Assembly: GCA_016204425.1 (NCBI GenBank)
Contig: JACQKR010000046.1
Span: 1 to 41,983 of the forward strand
DNA: 41,983 nt
Reading direction: 5' to 3'
Source of the DNA: Candidatus Levyibacteriota bacterium
GTDB lineage: Bacteria; Patescibacteriota; Microgenomatia; Levybacterales; UBA12049
A program made the position numbers and the translations under genes. Of the stretch, positions 7,987 to 16,128 are shown piece by piece (positions within the stretch are counted from its first letter, which is position 1; the number at the start of each line of letters is the position of its first letter). The notes below the pieces were generated by a model. It was not told where the DNA came from. It was given only the letters and a program-made list of their open reading frames with translations, and did no database searches.

Positions 7987-9849
7987 ATGAGATCTTTCTT
8001 TCGTTGTATTCTTCTTTTGCTTGTTGGCATTTTCTTTGTAAATTCGCCACGGATCGCATTCGCGAGTGAATATTTCACGACGAAATACGATGTGACCTAT
8101 GCAATCTCTGGAAATGAGAAGACGACAGTCACCACAGAAATAGTGCTCACCAATACGACCGATGATTATTTTGCAGGTTCTTATTCGCTGCAGTTGGGCT
8201 TTGAAAATATCGAGAATATTTCGGCATTCGATACGCTTGGAGTGATAAAACCGCAGGTAATCAAAACAAAAGACGGTAACTCGATTGACATTCCTTTCAA
8301 CAGGCGGGTAATCGGAAAAGGAAACGCCGTAGATTTCACGCTGAAATTCGACACAACTGATGTAGCCAAGAAGCACGGTAGCGTCTGGGAGATCAACATT
8401 CCGAAAATCCCTAAGAACAACGATTTTTCAACCTTCACAGCAAGAGTAACGGTTCCAAAGTCTTTTGGAAAGCCTATCTACATGAAACCCCAGCATCCCG
8501 GATCGGAGCTGGTGTTCAATAAAGAACAGCTGGAGGAGTCCGGGATATCAATGGGATTTGGGGAGAGGCAGGTATATGACTTTACTCTCTACTATCATTT
8601 AAAAAACAAACACCTCTTCCCCATCAGGACAGAAATTGCCGTTCCACCGGCGACTAACTACCAGGATATCCAACTTGAAGCGATGACCCCAAAACCTTAC
8701 AAGATGAGAAAGGATGAAGACGGCAATTGGCTTGCCGAATACCGGCTTGATCCGACAGAAAATGTCACAGTCACTGTGCAAGGGAAAGCGATCATCTCTC
8801 TTTTTCCGAAAACTGAGGAAATAACAAAGCAACAAATTGATGAGTACACAAAAGAAAAGCCGTACTGGCAGGTATCCGACGCAAAAATACAGACTTTGGC
8901 AAAAACACTTAAAACACCTCATGCGATTTATGAGTATGTGGTAAAAAATCTTACCTATGACTTTAGCCGCGTTACCGAGCAGAAAGGCAGAGCCGGTGCG
9001 CTTTTAGCACTACAAGAGCCTACCTCTGCTGTCTGTCTGGAATTTACGGATTTATTTATCTCAATTGCACGTGCCGCCGGAATTCCATCCAGAGAGATTG
9101 AGGGATACGCGTATACGGATAATCCGAAGCAGCGGCCTCTTTCTCTTGTGAAAGACATTCTGCATGCGTGGCCGGAGTATTATGATTTTGAGAAAAAAAC
9201 ATGGATTATGATTGACCCGACATGGGGAAATTCAACTGGTGGAACTGATTATTTTACCCAGCTTGACTTTGACCATTTGACTTTCGTCCGAAAAGGGGTG
9301 AGTAGCGAAATGCCGATCCCCCCAAGCGGGTACAAATATGAGAATGATCCCGACAGCAAGGATGTCCATGTTTCCTTTGCATCATCGTACGCACAAGCGG
9401 CACCTGCAATTCAGGTGGAGTCGATTATCGACAATGCATACCTTTCAGGACTCCCGATAAAAGGGAAGATTATCCTCCGGAACGCCGGAAAGACGATTTC
9501 CCTCCCACAGCAGGTGCTTATCGAATCACAGGATTTGTTGCCAAAGCGTCAACTGATTACGTCTGAGAGTATTTTGCCCTTCAGCTTTGTTGAAATTCCC
9601 ATAGCCTTTCAAAAAAAGCCGCTTTTGACAAATACAAGCGCAACTTTTACAATGAGCTTTGACAAAACAGCCATTCATAAGACAATACGCATTACCCCTT
9701 TTCTCATAAATGAATGGACTATTGCAGGAGGAATTACATTTGGAATTGCTGCCATCATCGTATGCATCATTGCCGTCAGAGCCTGGCGTGTACTGCTTTC
9801 TCAACGAAAGCGGAGCAATCCTTTACGTGGGGAAGGCAAAGGATCTTAA
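7987..9849 (+). CDS. Secreted or membrane-anchored transglutaminase-like (cysteine protease fold) protein
   Basis: 620 aa with a signal peptide (ILLLLVGIFFVNSPRIAFA). Transglutaminase core with Cys (TSAVCLEFTDLFISIARAAGIPSR), His (HAWPEYY) and Asp (IDPTW). C-terminal TM anchor (ITFGIAAIIVCIIAV) followed by a basic tail. Confidence 0.8.
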   Translation: MRSFFRCILLLLVGIFFVNSPRIAFASEYFTTKYDVTYAISGNEKTTVTTEIVLTNTTDDYFAGSYSLQLGFENIENISAFDTLGVIKPQVIKTKDGNSIDIPFNRRVIGKGNAVDFTLKFDTTDVAKKHGSVWEINIPKIPKNNDFSTFTARVTVPKSFGKPIYMKPQHPGSELVFNKEQLEESGISMGFGERQVYDFTLYYHLKNKHLFPIRTEIAVPPATNYQDIQLEAMTPKPYKMRKDEDGNWLAEYRLDPTENVTVTVQGKAIISLFPKTEEITKQQIDEYTKEKPYWQVSDAKIQTLAKTLKTPHAIYEYVVKNLTYDFSRVTEQKGRAGALLALQEPTSAVCLEFTDLFISIARAAGIPSREIEGYAYTDNPKQRPLSLVKDILHAWPEYYDFEKKTWIMIDPTWGNSTGGTDYFTQLDFDHLTFVRKGVSSEMPIPPSGYKYENDPDSKDVHVSFASSYAQAAPAIQVESIIDNAYLSGLPIKGKIILRNAGKTISLPQQVLIESQDLLPKRQLITSESILPFSFVEIPIAFQKKPLLTNTSATFTMSFDKTAIHKTIRITPFLINEWTIAGGITFGIAAIIVCIIAVRAWRVLLSQRKRSNPLRGEGKGS

Positions 9850-11155
9850 GGCACGCGTTTCATCATATTTTCAACCGGGAGCTGTCCTCGGAACAAAAAC
9901 GAGCGTCCTCGTCCACCAAACAAAAAAAGTCAAAATTGTACGTGTTGAGACAGAGGTTGAATCCCTGCTTTTGGAAGCGTTCTATATAAAGAAATATTCC
10001 CCGAAGTACAACGTCCGTCTCACAGACAATAAGTCATACCCGCTCATCAGAATAACGGTGAAAGATGCATTCCCGAAAATACTTCTCGCACGACGCGTAG
10101 ACGACCCGACATCAGCCTATTTTGGTCCGTATCCAAACGCCGGAGCTGTAAAGCTGGTTTTACGCATTATGCGTAGGATTTTCCCGTTTCAATCTGTTTT
10201 CAATCATCCGAAACGAGTCTGTCTCTATAATCATCTTGGTCTTTGCCCGTGTCCTCCGGTGCACAATACCATTGCAGATAAAAAGGAATACAAAAAAAAT
10301 ATCCGGCGGATCATAAAGGTACTCGAAGGAAACGTACGGTTGATTCTCAATGAGCTTGAAAAAGAGCGTAATGCTGCGAGTGTATCTGAAGATTTTGAAA
10401 GCGCACAAAAAGTTCAAAAGCAAATGAACGCGATGAGTGTTATTACGCAGCGAGTCACCAGACCCGTTGAATATGAAGCAAATCCCAATTTACGCGAAGA
10501 CCAAAGACAAAAAGAATTGTATGCCTTACAAAATTTGTTACGACAGAAAGGAGTTCCAGTCCAGTTTCCTCAAAAAATAGAGTGTTATGATATCTCAAAC
10601 ATTCAGGGCAAGTATGCGACCGGTTCGCTCGTTGTTTTCATCCAGGGAGAGAAAGAATCTGCGTTTTACCGGAGATTTCGAATCAGAAGAGAAAATGCAC
10701 CAAATGACTTTGCCATGATGCACGAAGTGTTGACTAGGCGCCTGAAGCACGATGAATGGAAGTTCCCACAGCTCATCGTTGTCGATGGAGGAAAAGGGCA
10801 AATCACAAGTGCTCTGCAGGCGATTGGAGAAGCGGGAATTTCAATTCCCTTGATAGGATTAGCTAAACGCGAAGAAACGATTATAATTCCAAATCCGAAA
10901 TTCGAAACTAGAAATTCGAAACAATATCAAAATACTAATGACAGAAACACAAAACGTTTTAAGCATTCGAAAATTCAAAATTTAGATTTGTTTCGCGCTT
11001 CGAAACTCGATATTCGAAATTTTGTTGAGGTTTCTCTCCCAAAAAACTCTCCAGCGCTTCTCCTGTTGATGCGGATTCGGGACGAAGCGCATAGATTTGC
11101 AATTACGTATCACCGGAATATTCGCTCAAAGGGAAGTATTTTTGAAAATAAGTAG
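9740..11155 (+). CDS. uvrC: Excinuclease ABC subunit C (UvrC), with an internal low-complexity insertion and no C-terminal (HhH)2 domain
   Basis: GIY-YIG motif (PGVYCF..ILYVGKAKDLKARVSSYF..KYNV), UVR-like helix region, and endonuclease-V-like domain (IECYDISN..VVDGGKGQ..GLAKREE..IRDEAHRFAITYHR). The start is uncertain: ATG 9710, or TTG 9740/9746 behind CAGGAGGAA. Every option overlaps the upstream gene by more than 100 nt. Confidence 0.9.
   Translation: MELLPSSYASLPSEPGVYCFLNESGAILYVGKAKDLKARVSSYFQPGAVLGTKTSVLVHQTKKVKIVRVETEVESLLLEAFYIKKYSPKYNVRLTDNKSYPLIRITVKDAFPKILLARRVDDPTSAYFGPYPNAGAVKLVLRIMRRIFPFQSVFNHPKRVCLYNHLGLCPCPPVHNTIADKKEYKKNIRRIIKVLEGNVRLILNELEKERNAASVSEDFESAQKVQKQMNAMSVITQRVTRPVEYEANPNLREDQRQKELYALQNLLRQKGVPVQFPQKIECYDISNIQGKYATGSLVVFIQGEKESAFYRRFRIRRENAPNDFAMMHEVLTRRLKHDEWKFPQLIVVDGGKGQITSALQAIGEAGISIPLIGLAKREETIIIPNPKFETRNSKQYQNTNDRNTKRFKHSKIQNLDLFRASKLDIRNFVEVSLPKNSPALLLLMRIRDEAHRFAITYHRNIRSKGSIFENK
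10890..11018 (+). repeat. Imperfect palindromic, TTCGAA-rich element inserted in frame within uvrC
   Basis: Five (A/C)TTCGAAA units. Arms CGAAACAATATCAAAAT (10917-10933) and AATTTAGATTTGTTTCG (10979-10995) pair perfectly over their outer 8 bp and imperfectly beyond. Translated as PKFETRNSKQYQNTNDRNTKRFKHSKIQNLDLFRASKLDIRNF, between the conserved AKREE and SLPKNSPALLLL..RDEAHRFA blocks. Confidence 0.6.
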
Positions 11156-12505
11156 TCAGTTCCGGGAAATATCGTATTCGTAGGGAAGGTACAGGAAGGT
11201 TGCAGGCGTGGCGTCTGAGAGGTATTTTTGAAAGTCCTCATAAATTTTTCTTCTCTCATTCATATCGACGGTACGTCTCCCATCCTCAAGGAGCTTATCG
11301 ATCCGTTTATTATCAAGCCGTGTAATATTATTTTCATGCGTGGAATGCCAGAGGACGTACTGGTCGGGGTCTTTGGGAATGCTGAAATCTCCCAGATAGA
11401 TCTGAAAGGTGTCAGGCTTTGTGTCTACCTCTTGAATTTTTGCTGTGACTTGTACTTTTTTCCATTCCTGAACGATCTGCTCTGCAACCGAACGGTATTT
11501 TGGAAGTGTTTGAATAGTCAGTGCTGGTATAGTTGTTTTGCTGTCTCCTGCCTGAAGAAGGAGTTTTGCGTGTTCTCTATCCAGGCGCTTGTCATACCGG
11601 TTGGGAATATAATAGAGGGAAGTTGGAGAATAGGAATGATATGTTCTTCTTCCTTCCTTGAATTCATCAGGAAGCGCATAGGAGAGTGATTTTCGTATCT
11701 TGTCGTCTGATAGGACTTTATCTCTCGTATTATAAAAAAGAGCGACGAGCTTCGTATCATTTACCTTTTTTTCTATAGTGACGTTGGGGAACGAGTCAAT
11801 TGATGTGTTCTTTACACGATAGTCGGTCAGGCCGACTGCTTTTGTAATCTCGCCAAGCGCAAAGGCATATTTTACTGCCTCTTCACTCGGATAAAAGTAA
11901 TACGTTTCCGAATAAAACCTGTTTTTGATATTCGTCAGGCGCATAGATTGGACATAATTGCCATTTAACTTCAGGTCGGTAATGCGGAAGTCCCCAAGCC
12001 CGTTGAGCCCTCTCTGAAAAATCGGGCGGGCTACCGTAATGAGGAAAGGCGCATACATGTCTTTCAGGCGAAAAATTATCGTTTGCTTATCGGGATATTC
12101 TATTTTTACGTCTTTAAAATCATACGTGACTTGTTTTGCCGTGAGTAACCGCCCGTCGCTGAATCGTACATCGGGCCTCAGATGAAACACATACGTTTTT
12201 CCGTTATCTTTAATCTCCCAACTTGATGCAATATCCGGCTTGATGCTGCCGTCTTTTTCAATACGTGTTAAGCCATGCGATAGTTTCTGCGAAACAAGAG
12301 ACGGTAAATTGTTGATTCGATATGCGCCAACAATACCGATACTTTCTTTTTTATCGAAAGGAAGCATTCTGAGAAAATAACTTGAGGAGGAAACGAGAAT
12401 AAAAAAAATACCAAGCCCGCCCAGGAAAGAAAAGAAAATTACTTTCCCCCACTTCTTGATATATGCTTTGATGAGCCAAAAAATTAACCGGCGTCGAAAA
12501 ACCAT
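11156..12505 (-). CDS. ABC-transporter substrate-binding protein, family 5 (peptide/nickel type), membrane-anchored
   Basis: 449 aa with an N-terminal TM helix. Typical SBP_bac_5 text (DGSIKPDIASSWEIKDNGKTYVFHLRPDVRFSDGRLLTAKQV). The TGA stop abuts the uvrC stop (convergent genes, no spacer). Confidence 0.78.
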   Translation of the reverse strand: MVFRRRLIFWLIKAYIKKWGKVIFFSFLGGLGIFFILVSSSSYFLRMLPFDKKESIGIVGAYRINNLPSLVSQKLSHGLTRIEKDGSIKPDIASSWEIKDNGKTYVFHLRPDVRFSDGRLLTAKQVTYDFKDVKIEYPDKQTIIFRLKDMYAPFLITVARPIFQRGLNGLGDFRITDLKLNGNYVQSMRLTNIKNRFYSETYYFYPSEEAVKYAFALGEITKAVGLTDYRVKNTSIDSFPNVTIEKKVNDTKLVALFYNTRDKVLSDDKIRKSLSYALPDEFKEGRRTYHSYSPTSLYYIPNRYDKRLDREHAKLLLQAGDSKTTIPALTIQTLPKYRSVAEQIVQEWKKVQVTAKIQEVDTKPDTFQIYLGDFSIPKDPDQYVLWHSTHENNITRLDNKRIDKLLEDGRRTVDMNERRKIYEDFQKYLSDATPATFLYLPYEYDISRN

Positions 12506-12511
12506 ATGTTT

Positions 12512-12727
12512 CTAGGAACGGGGAATGAGTAACGCAATTGAGAGAACCGCAAGGAGTGCTGCGAGTACACACGTTGCGATAATGAGGAGCTTCTCAGCGC
12601 TCTGCTTGCTACGATACATTTCCCCGCCTCCTCCGAAGACAGGCGACAAACCTCCTCCTTGTGCTTGAAGAAGAATGGCAATGATCAGGAGTGCTGCAAC
12701 AATGATTTGTACAATAGCGATTATCAT
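12512..12727 (-). CDS. secG: Preprotein translocase subunit SecG
   Basis: 71 aa, two TM helices flanking a glycine-rich loop (LLQAQGGGLSPVFGGGGEMYRSKQSAEKLL), the classic SecG layout. Confidence 0.8.
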   Translation of the reverse strand: MIIAIVQIIVAALLIIAILLQAQGGGLSPVFGGGGEMYRSKQSAEKLLIIATCVLAALLAVLSIALLIPRS

Positions 12728-12734
12728 GTGTGTA

Positions 12735-13712
12735 TTATACTGCCGTTGCTATCACCTTCGCAAGTTTTTCGGAGTCATGATATAAAGGGAACGTAGTATT
12801 TACCAGATCCGCTGCAATAATCCGTGTCTTACGCGTCGTTTTCTCTTCTTCGAGAGCCTGTTTTACATACGTGTAGTGGTACTTTTTCGGAATTTCGACA
12901 GTATAGTTGTTGTTGGTGACAACGGTATGGAAAGGAAAGGTTCCGAGATGCTTTTCAACTGCATTGATAAAGTCGACTGCCGTATATCCTTTTGTCTCAA
13001 AAGGCTTGTTCGCGACATTGACAACAAAGATTTTTTTCGCTTTTGCAGCAAGAAACGATTGTGCTATTTTTGGGACAATAAGGACCGGAAGGAGTGTCGT
13101 ATATAAGTCTCCGGGTCCGACGATAATGATATCTGCAGCCTCAAGTGCGGAGGTCACTTCGGATGGAACTTTCGGGTCTTTCGGAGTCAGATAAATCCTA
13201 TCAAGCGTTCATTTTCCATTATATTTTCCAAGATCGATGTTCTCTTCACCTTCAACCTTTGTCCCATCAACGGTGAGGGCAGTGAGCCGGACGTGCTCAG
13301 CAGTTGCAGGGTAAATGAAGTCCCCCGTGTTTGTCATTTTTCGGAGAAGGTCGATTGCTTCCTGATAGGAAGAAGAAACACTTTGTGCTGCTACCATCAG
13401 TAAGTTTCCGAGTTTATGTCCTGAAAGCGCGCTATCGTTGCCATACCGGTTTCCCGGGAAACGGTACGTAAGGAGACTCGCATAGGCTTCATCATTGGTG
13501 AGTGCTGCCATGCAGGAGATAAGATCCCCCGACGGGAAGACGTTGTAGAGGCGCTTTAGCCTTCCTGATGAGCCCCCCTCATCCGCCATAGAGACAATGA
13601 CAGTGAGTTTTGCGCCATAGTGCTTCAATCCTTTTAGCAGGTTAACCGTGCCGATGCCTCCACCTAAACACACAATATGCTTTCCTTGTAACGTATTCAT
13701 TTCGTTAACCAT
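12735..13712 (-). pseudogene. YvcK/CofD-family (UPF0052, gluconeogenesis-factor-like) gene interrupted by one in-frame TGA
   Basis: ORFs 13209..13712 (KHIVCLGGGIGTVNLLKGLK..VSMADEGGSSGRL) and 12735..13157 (ADIIIVGPGDLYTTLLPVL) are in the same frame. The 17 codons after the TGA at 13209-13211 read TLDRIYLTPKDPKVPSE, which matches the conserved family segment before ..ADxIVxGPGSLYTS. Confidence 0.65.
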
Positions 13713-14098
13713 GAAAGAGCAGCAATTATACCAGAAAGCGCCACTGCAATCACGAAATATGCCGAGAATATGCCAAAAGTAATTTTCGGAATGATGAAGC
13801 CAGCCAGAGAAAGACCTTGGAAAGTAAAGCTGTGTATCGTTATAGATGGAATGAGGATGGTTAAAAGATAGAGAACTATGACGTTTATGACTGCCGAGAA
13901 GAGTCCAAGCGTCACAATACTGAGCGGAAACGTCACCACTTTGAGGATCGGCTTTATGATAAGTACGATAAAGGTAAGCGTAAAGCCAGCAATCAGATAC
14001 GTTTTAAGCCCTCCTTGAATGGTAAAGCCGGGAAAAATGACCGAGAGAAGGAAAAGGGCAAAGCTATAAAATGCGGTATTCCTGAGCAGGGATTTCAT
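13697..14098 (-). CDS. Small 4-TM membrane protein (DUF360 / YvlD, holin-4_2-like)
   Basis: 133 aa, four hydrophobic helices (GLFSAVINVIVLYLLTILIP motif region). Its 3' end overlaps the YvcK-family start by 16 nt. Confidence 0.6.
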   Translation of the reverse strand: MKSLLRNTAFYSFALFLLSVIFPGFTIQGGLKTYLIAGFTLTFIVLIIKPILKVVTFPLSIVTLGLFSAVINVIVLYLLTILIPSITIHSFTFQGLSLAGFIIPKITFGIFSAYFVIAVALSGIIAALSWLTK

Positions 14099-14284
14099 AT
14101 AGAGAACTGCCCAGAAACGATGGGCAGGATGATGCTAGCAAATACACTCATCCATGTCAATAAAACTAATTTCGAGAGGACACCAAGGTTTCCTCTCGAC
14201 GCAGCTTTGGAAATGGATTCCAATCCGCCAGTTGGCGGAACGCTGCTGCTCTCCTTCCTTTTTCTCCAGGGTTTGATTGGTCTC

Positions 14285-14313
14285 TTGCAATCTGATGACG
14301 GTGGACGTAATAT
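14285..14313 (+). promoter_or_regulatory. Sigma70-like promoter TTGCAA-17-TAATAT for the DUF2130 gene
   Basis: TTGCAA at 14285-14290, 17-nt spacer, TAATAT at 14308-14313. The ATGs at 14317 and 14329 follow immediately, giving a leaderless or very short leader. Confidence 0.45.
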
Positions 14314-14316
14314 AAG

Positions 14317-15426
14317 ATGCTATCTGACATGAATACCGTCGTTTGTCCTCATTGTAAAAAAACTCTGGAAATATCTGAAGCGATTATCCACCAGCTTCAA
14401 GAACAAGTCCGCAAGGAAGAAAGTGACAAGCTACGCGCAGAATTTGCAAAAGAAAACGCGGAAAAAGAGGCCCTTCGTGAAAAAAAGCTCAGGGAGCAAT
14501 TCGAAAACGAGAATAAGGAGCGGGTAAAACAACTTGAACTTGCCAAAAAAAGCGAAAAGGAACTTGAGGAAAAACTTAGGCAAAGCGAATTCGAAACAAA
14601 GAAAAGAGAGGCGAAAGCAAGAGAATTAGCTGAAGAGGAAATTGCTAAAAAATTCCAGCAGGATCTTCTTGAAGAGAAGAAGAAAAATGCTGATATGCAG
14701 AAAGCACTTGAAGAAGCACAGAGAAAAGCAAAACAAAGCTCGCAACAGCTTCAAGGGGAAGTTCTTGAGTTGGACTTGGAAACAAAATTAAAAGAAACGT
14801 TTTTTTCTGATCAATTCACACCCGTACCGAAAGGAGTTCAGGGCGGGGATATTTGGCAGAAGATTGTTTATAAAGGAACTGTCGTAGGATCAATTTTATG
14901 GGAAACAAAAAATACGAAAAATTGGAGTAAGGCCTGGTTAACCAAGCTGAAAGATGATGCCGGACGAATAAATGCTTCTGAATCAATCATTGTCTCACAG
15001 ACCCTTCCCGACGGCGTAAAAATATTCGATAGGAGGGAAGGCGTATGGGTTACGTCATATGAGCATGCGATAAGTACCTGTAGATTTATTCGATTTTTGA
15101 TAACAACCGTGTCGGCAATGAAACTTTCCGCCTCTCAAACAGATGAGGAGTGGGGAAGAGTCCGTGATTATATGCTGAGCGACTCATTCAAACATAGAAT
15201 GCAAACGCATTTCGATGGAATTAGAGTGCTAAGAGAAGGTCTCGATGCGGAAAAGAGAGCAACGATTCTTCGTTGGAAAAAACAGGAAACCCAGATTGAG
15301 AAACTGGATACGAACACGACAAACTTTTATGGTGAGTTGCGGGCAATTGTCCCGGATATCCCCAAAATTGAGGGAGTCGACGCACATCTTCTTGAAGACA
15401 GTAATGAAACTGAAACCATCTTTTGA
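14317..15426 (+). CDS. DUF2130-type protein (N-terminal CxxC, long K/E coiled coil, C-terminal nuclease-like domain)
   Basis: CPHCKK zinc-ribbon-like start, about 130 aa of KE-rich coiled coil, then GGDIWQKIVYKGTVVGSILWETKNTKNWSKAWLTKLKDD, typical of DUF2130 from memory. The start may be the ATG at 14329. Confidence 0.65.
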   Translation: MLSDMNTVVCPHCKKTLEISEAIIHQLQEQVRKEESDKLRAEFAKENAEKEALREKKLREQFENENKERVKQLELAKKSEKELEEKLRQSEFETKKREAKARELAEEEIAKKFQQDLLEEKKKNADMQKALEEAQRKAKQSSQQLQGEVLELDLETKLKETFFSDQFTPVPKGVQGGDIWQKIVYKGTVVGSILWETKNTKNWSKAWLTKLKDDAGRINASESIIVSQTLPDGVKIFDRREGVWVTSYEHAISTCRFIRFLITTVSAMKLSASQTDEEWGRVRDYMLSDSFKHRMQTHFDGIRVLREGLDAEKRATILRWKKQETQIEKLDTNTTNFYGELRAIVPDIPKIEGVDAHLLEDSNETETIF

Positions 15427-16057
15427 TGAGGAGGTAGTTTTATGGAACCGAGGACTAGAGTACGTTGCCGGCATTGACGAAGTCGGTCGGGGAGCATTTG
15501 CCGGTCCCCTCGTCACTGCAGCAGTTATTTTCCCCAAAGATTGCAGGTTTTCAGATCAAGAGCTCTACGGCATCAACGATTCAAAACTCCTTACAAGCAA
15601 GAAGCGCTTTCAATTAGCCCGTAAGATAAAAAAAGAGGCCCTCAGCTTTTCGATATACGAAATACCGGTTTCCTACATTAACCGATACGGGATCGGGAGA
15701 GCGGCACAGTATGGATTTTTCAACGTTGTACAGTCGCTTGATAGAAAACCTGATTTTTGTTTGATCGATGCATTCAGTATCCGGAAGATGAGAAAACAAA
15801 TGCAAAAACCTATTATTCATGGAGACTCTTTATCATTCAGTATTGCGGCGGCATCGATTATCGCAAAGGTATTTCGTGATTATCGTATGGATGAATTAGG
15901 CTTCAGATACAACCAGTACAATTTTTCTCAGAATAAAGGGTACGGAACAGCAGATCACAGACGTGCGTTGGGCAAATATGGCCTTTGCAACATGCATAGG
16001 AAGTCTTTTAATCTGAGCCGGTATCTTCCAGTTCCTCCCATACTTGACAAAGTTTGA
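15404..16057 (+). CDS. rnhB: Ribonuclease HII
   Basis: VAGIDEVGRGAFAGPLV (DEDD catalytic start), DSKLLT, IAAASIIAKV and GYGT..H motifs. I prefer the ATG at 15404 over the 15245 ORF-track start. It overlaps the DUF2130 gene by 23 nt. Confidence 0.9.
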   Translation: MKLKPSFDEEVVLWNRGLEYVAGIDEVGRGAFAGPLVTAAVIFPKDCRFSDQELYGINDSKLLTSKKRFQLARKIKKEALSFSIYEIPVSYINRYGIGRAAQYGFFNVVQSLDRKPDFCLIDAFSIRKMRKQMQKPIIHGDSLSFSIAAASIIAKVFRDYRMDELGFRYNQYNFSQNKGYGTADHRRALGKYGLCNMHRKSFNLSRYLPVPPILDKV

Positions 16058-16128
16058 CAGTTATACAAAGATGAGTATATGTCCGAAAAGTCATCGAACG
16101 CTACATCTTCATCGGAAGAGGAGGCTTG

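Noticed and set aside
10890-11018. Intein or intron interpretation of the extra uvrC segment
   Set aside because: It is far too short (about 40 codons). It lacks intein splicing motifs (no Cys/Ser/Thr...His-Asn-Cys boundaries) and shows no group I/II intron features. It stays in frame as low-complexity peptide, so a palindromic repeat insertion fits better.
13209-13211. Genome-wide UGA reassignment (genetic code 4 or 25, as in some candidate phyla) as the explanation for the in-frame TGA in the YvcK-family gene
   Set aside because: Many well-formed genes here terminate at TGA at natural protein ends (rnhB 16055-16057, DUF2130 15424-15426, the SBP gene 11156-11158, GT-C 16622-16624, DUF360 13697-13699). 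Long genes such as uvrA (965 aa) contain no in-frame TGA. The code looks standard, so the TGA is a local event.
14099-14230. Possible small minus-strand ORF (up to ~42 codons from TTG, or 18 codons MSVFASIILPIVSGQFSI from ATG) ending in ATGA overlap with the DUF360 gene start
   Set aside because: It ends with a plausible TM helix and is neatly coupled to the downstream ATG. However, it has no clear start codon or SD and I cannot test conservation, so I did not list it as a feature.
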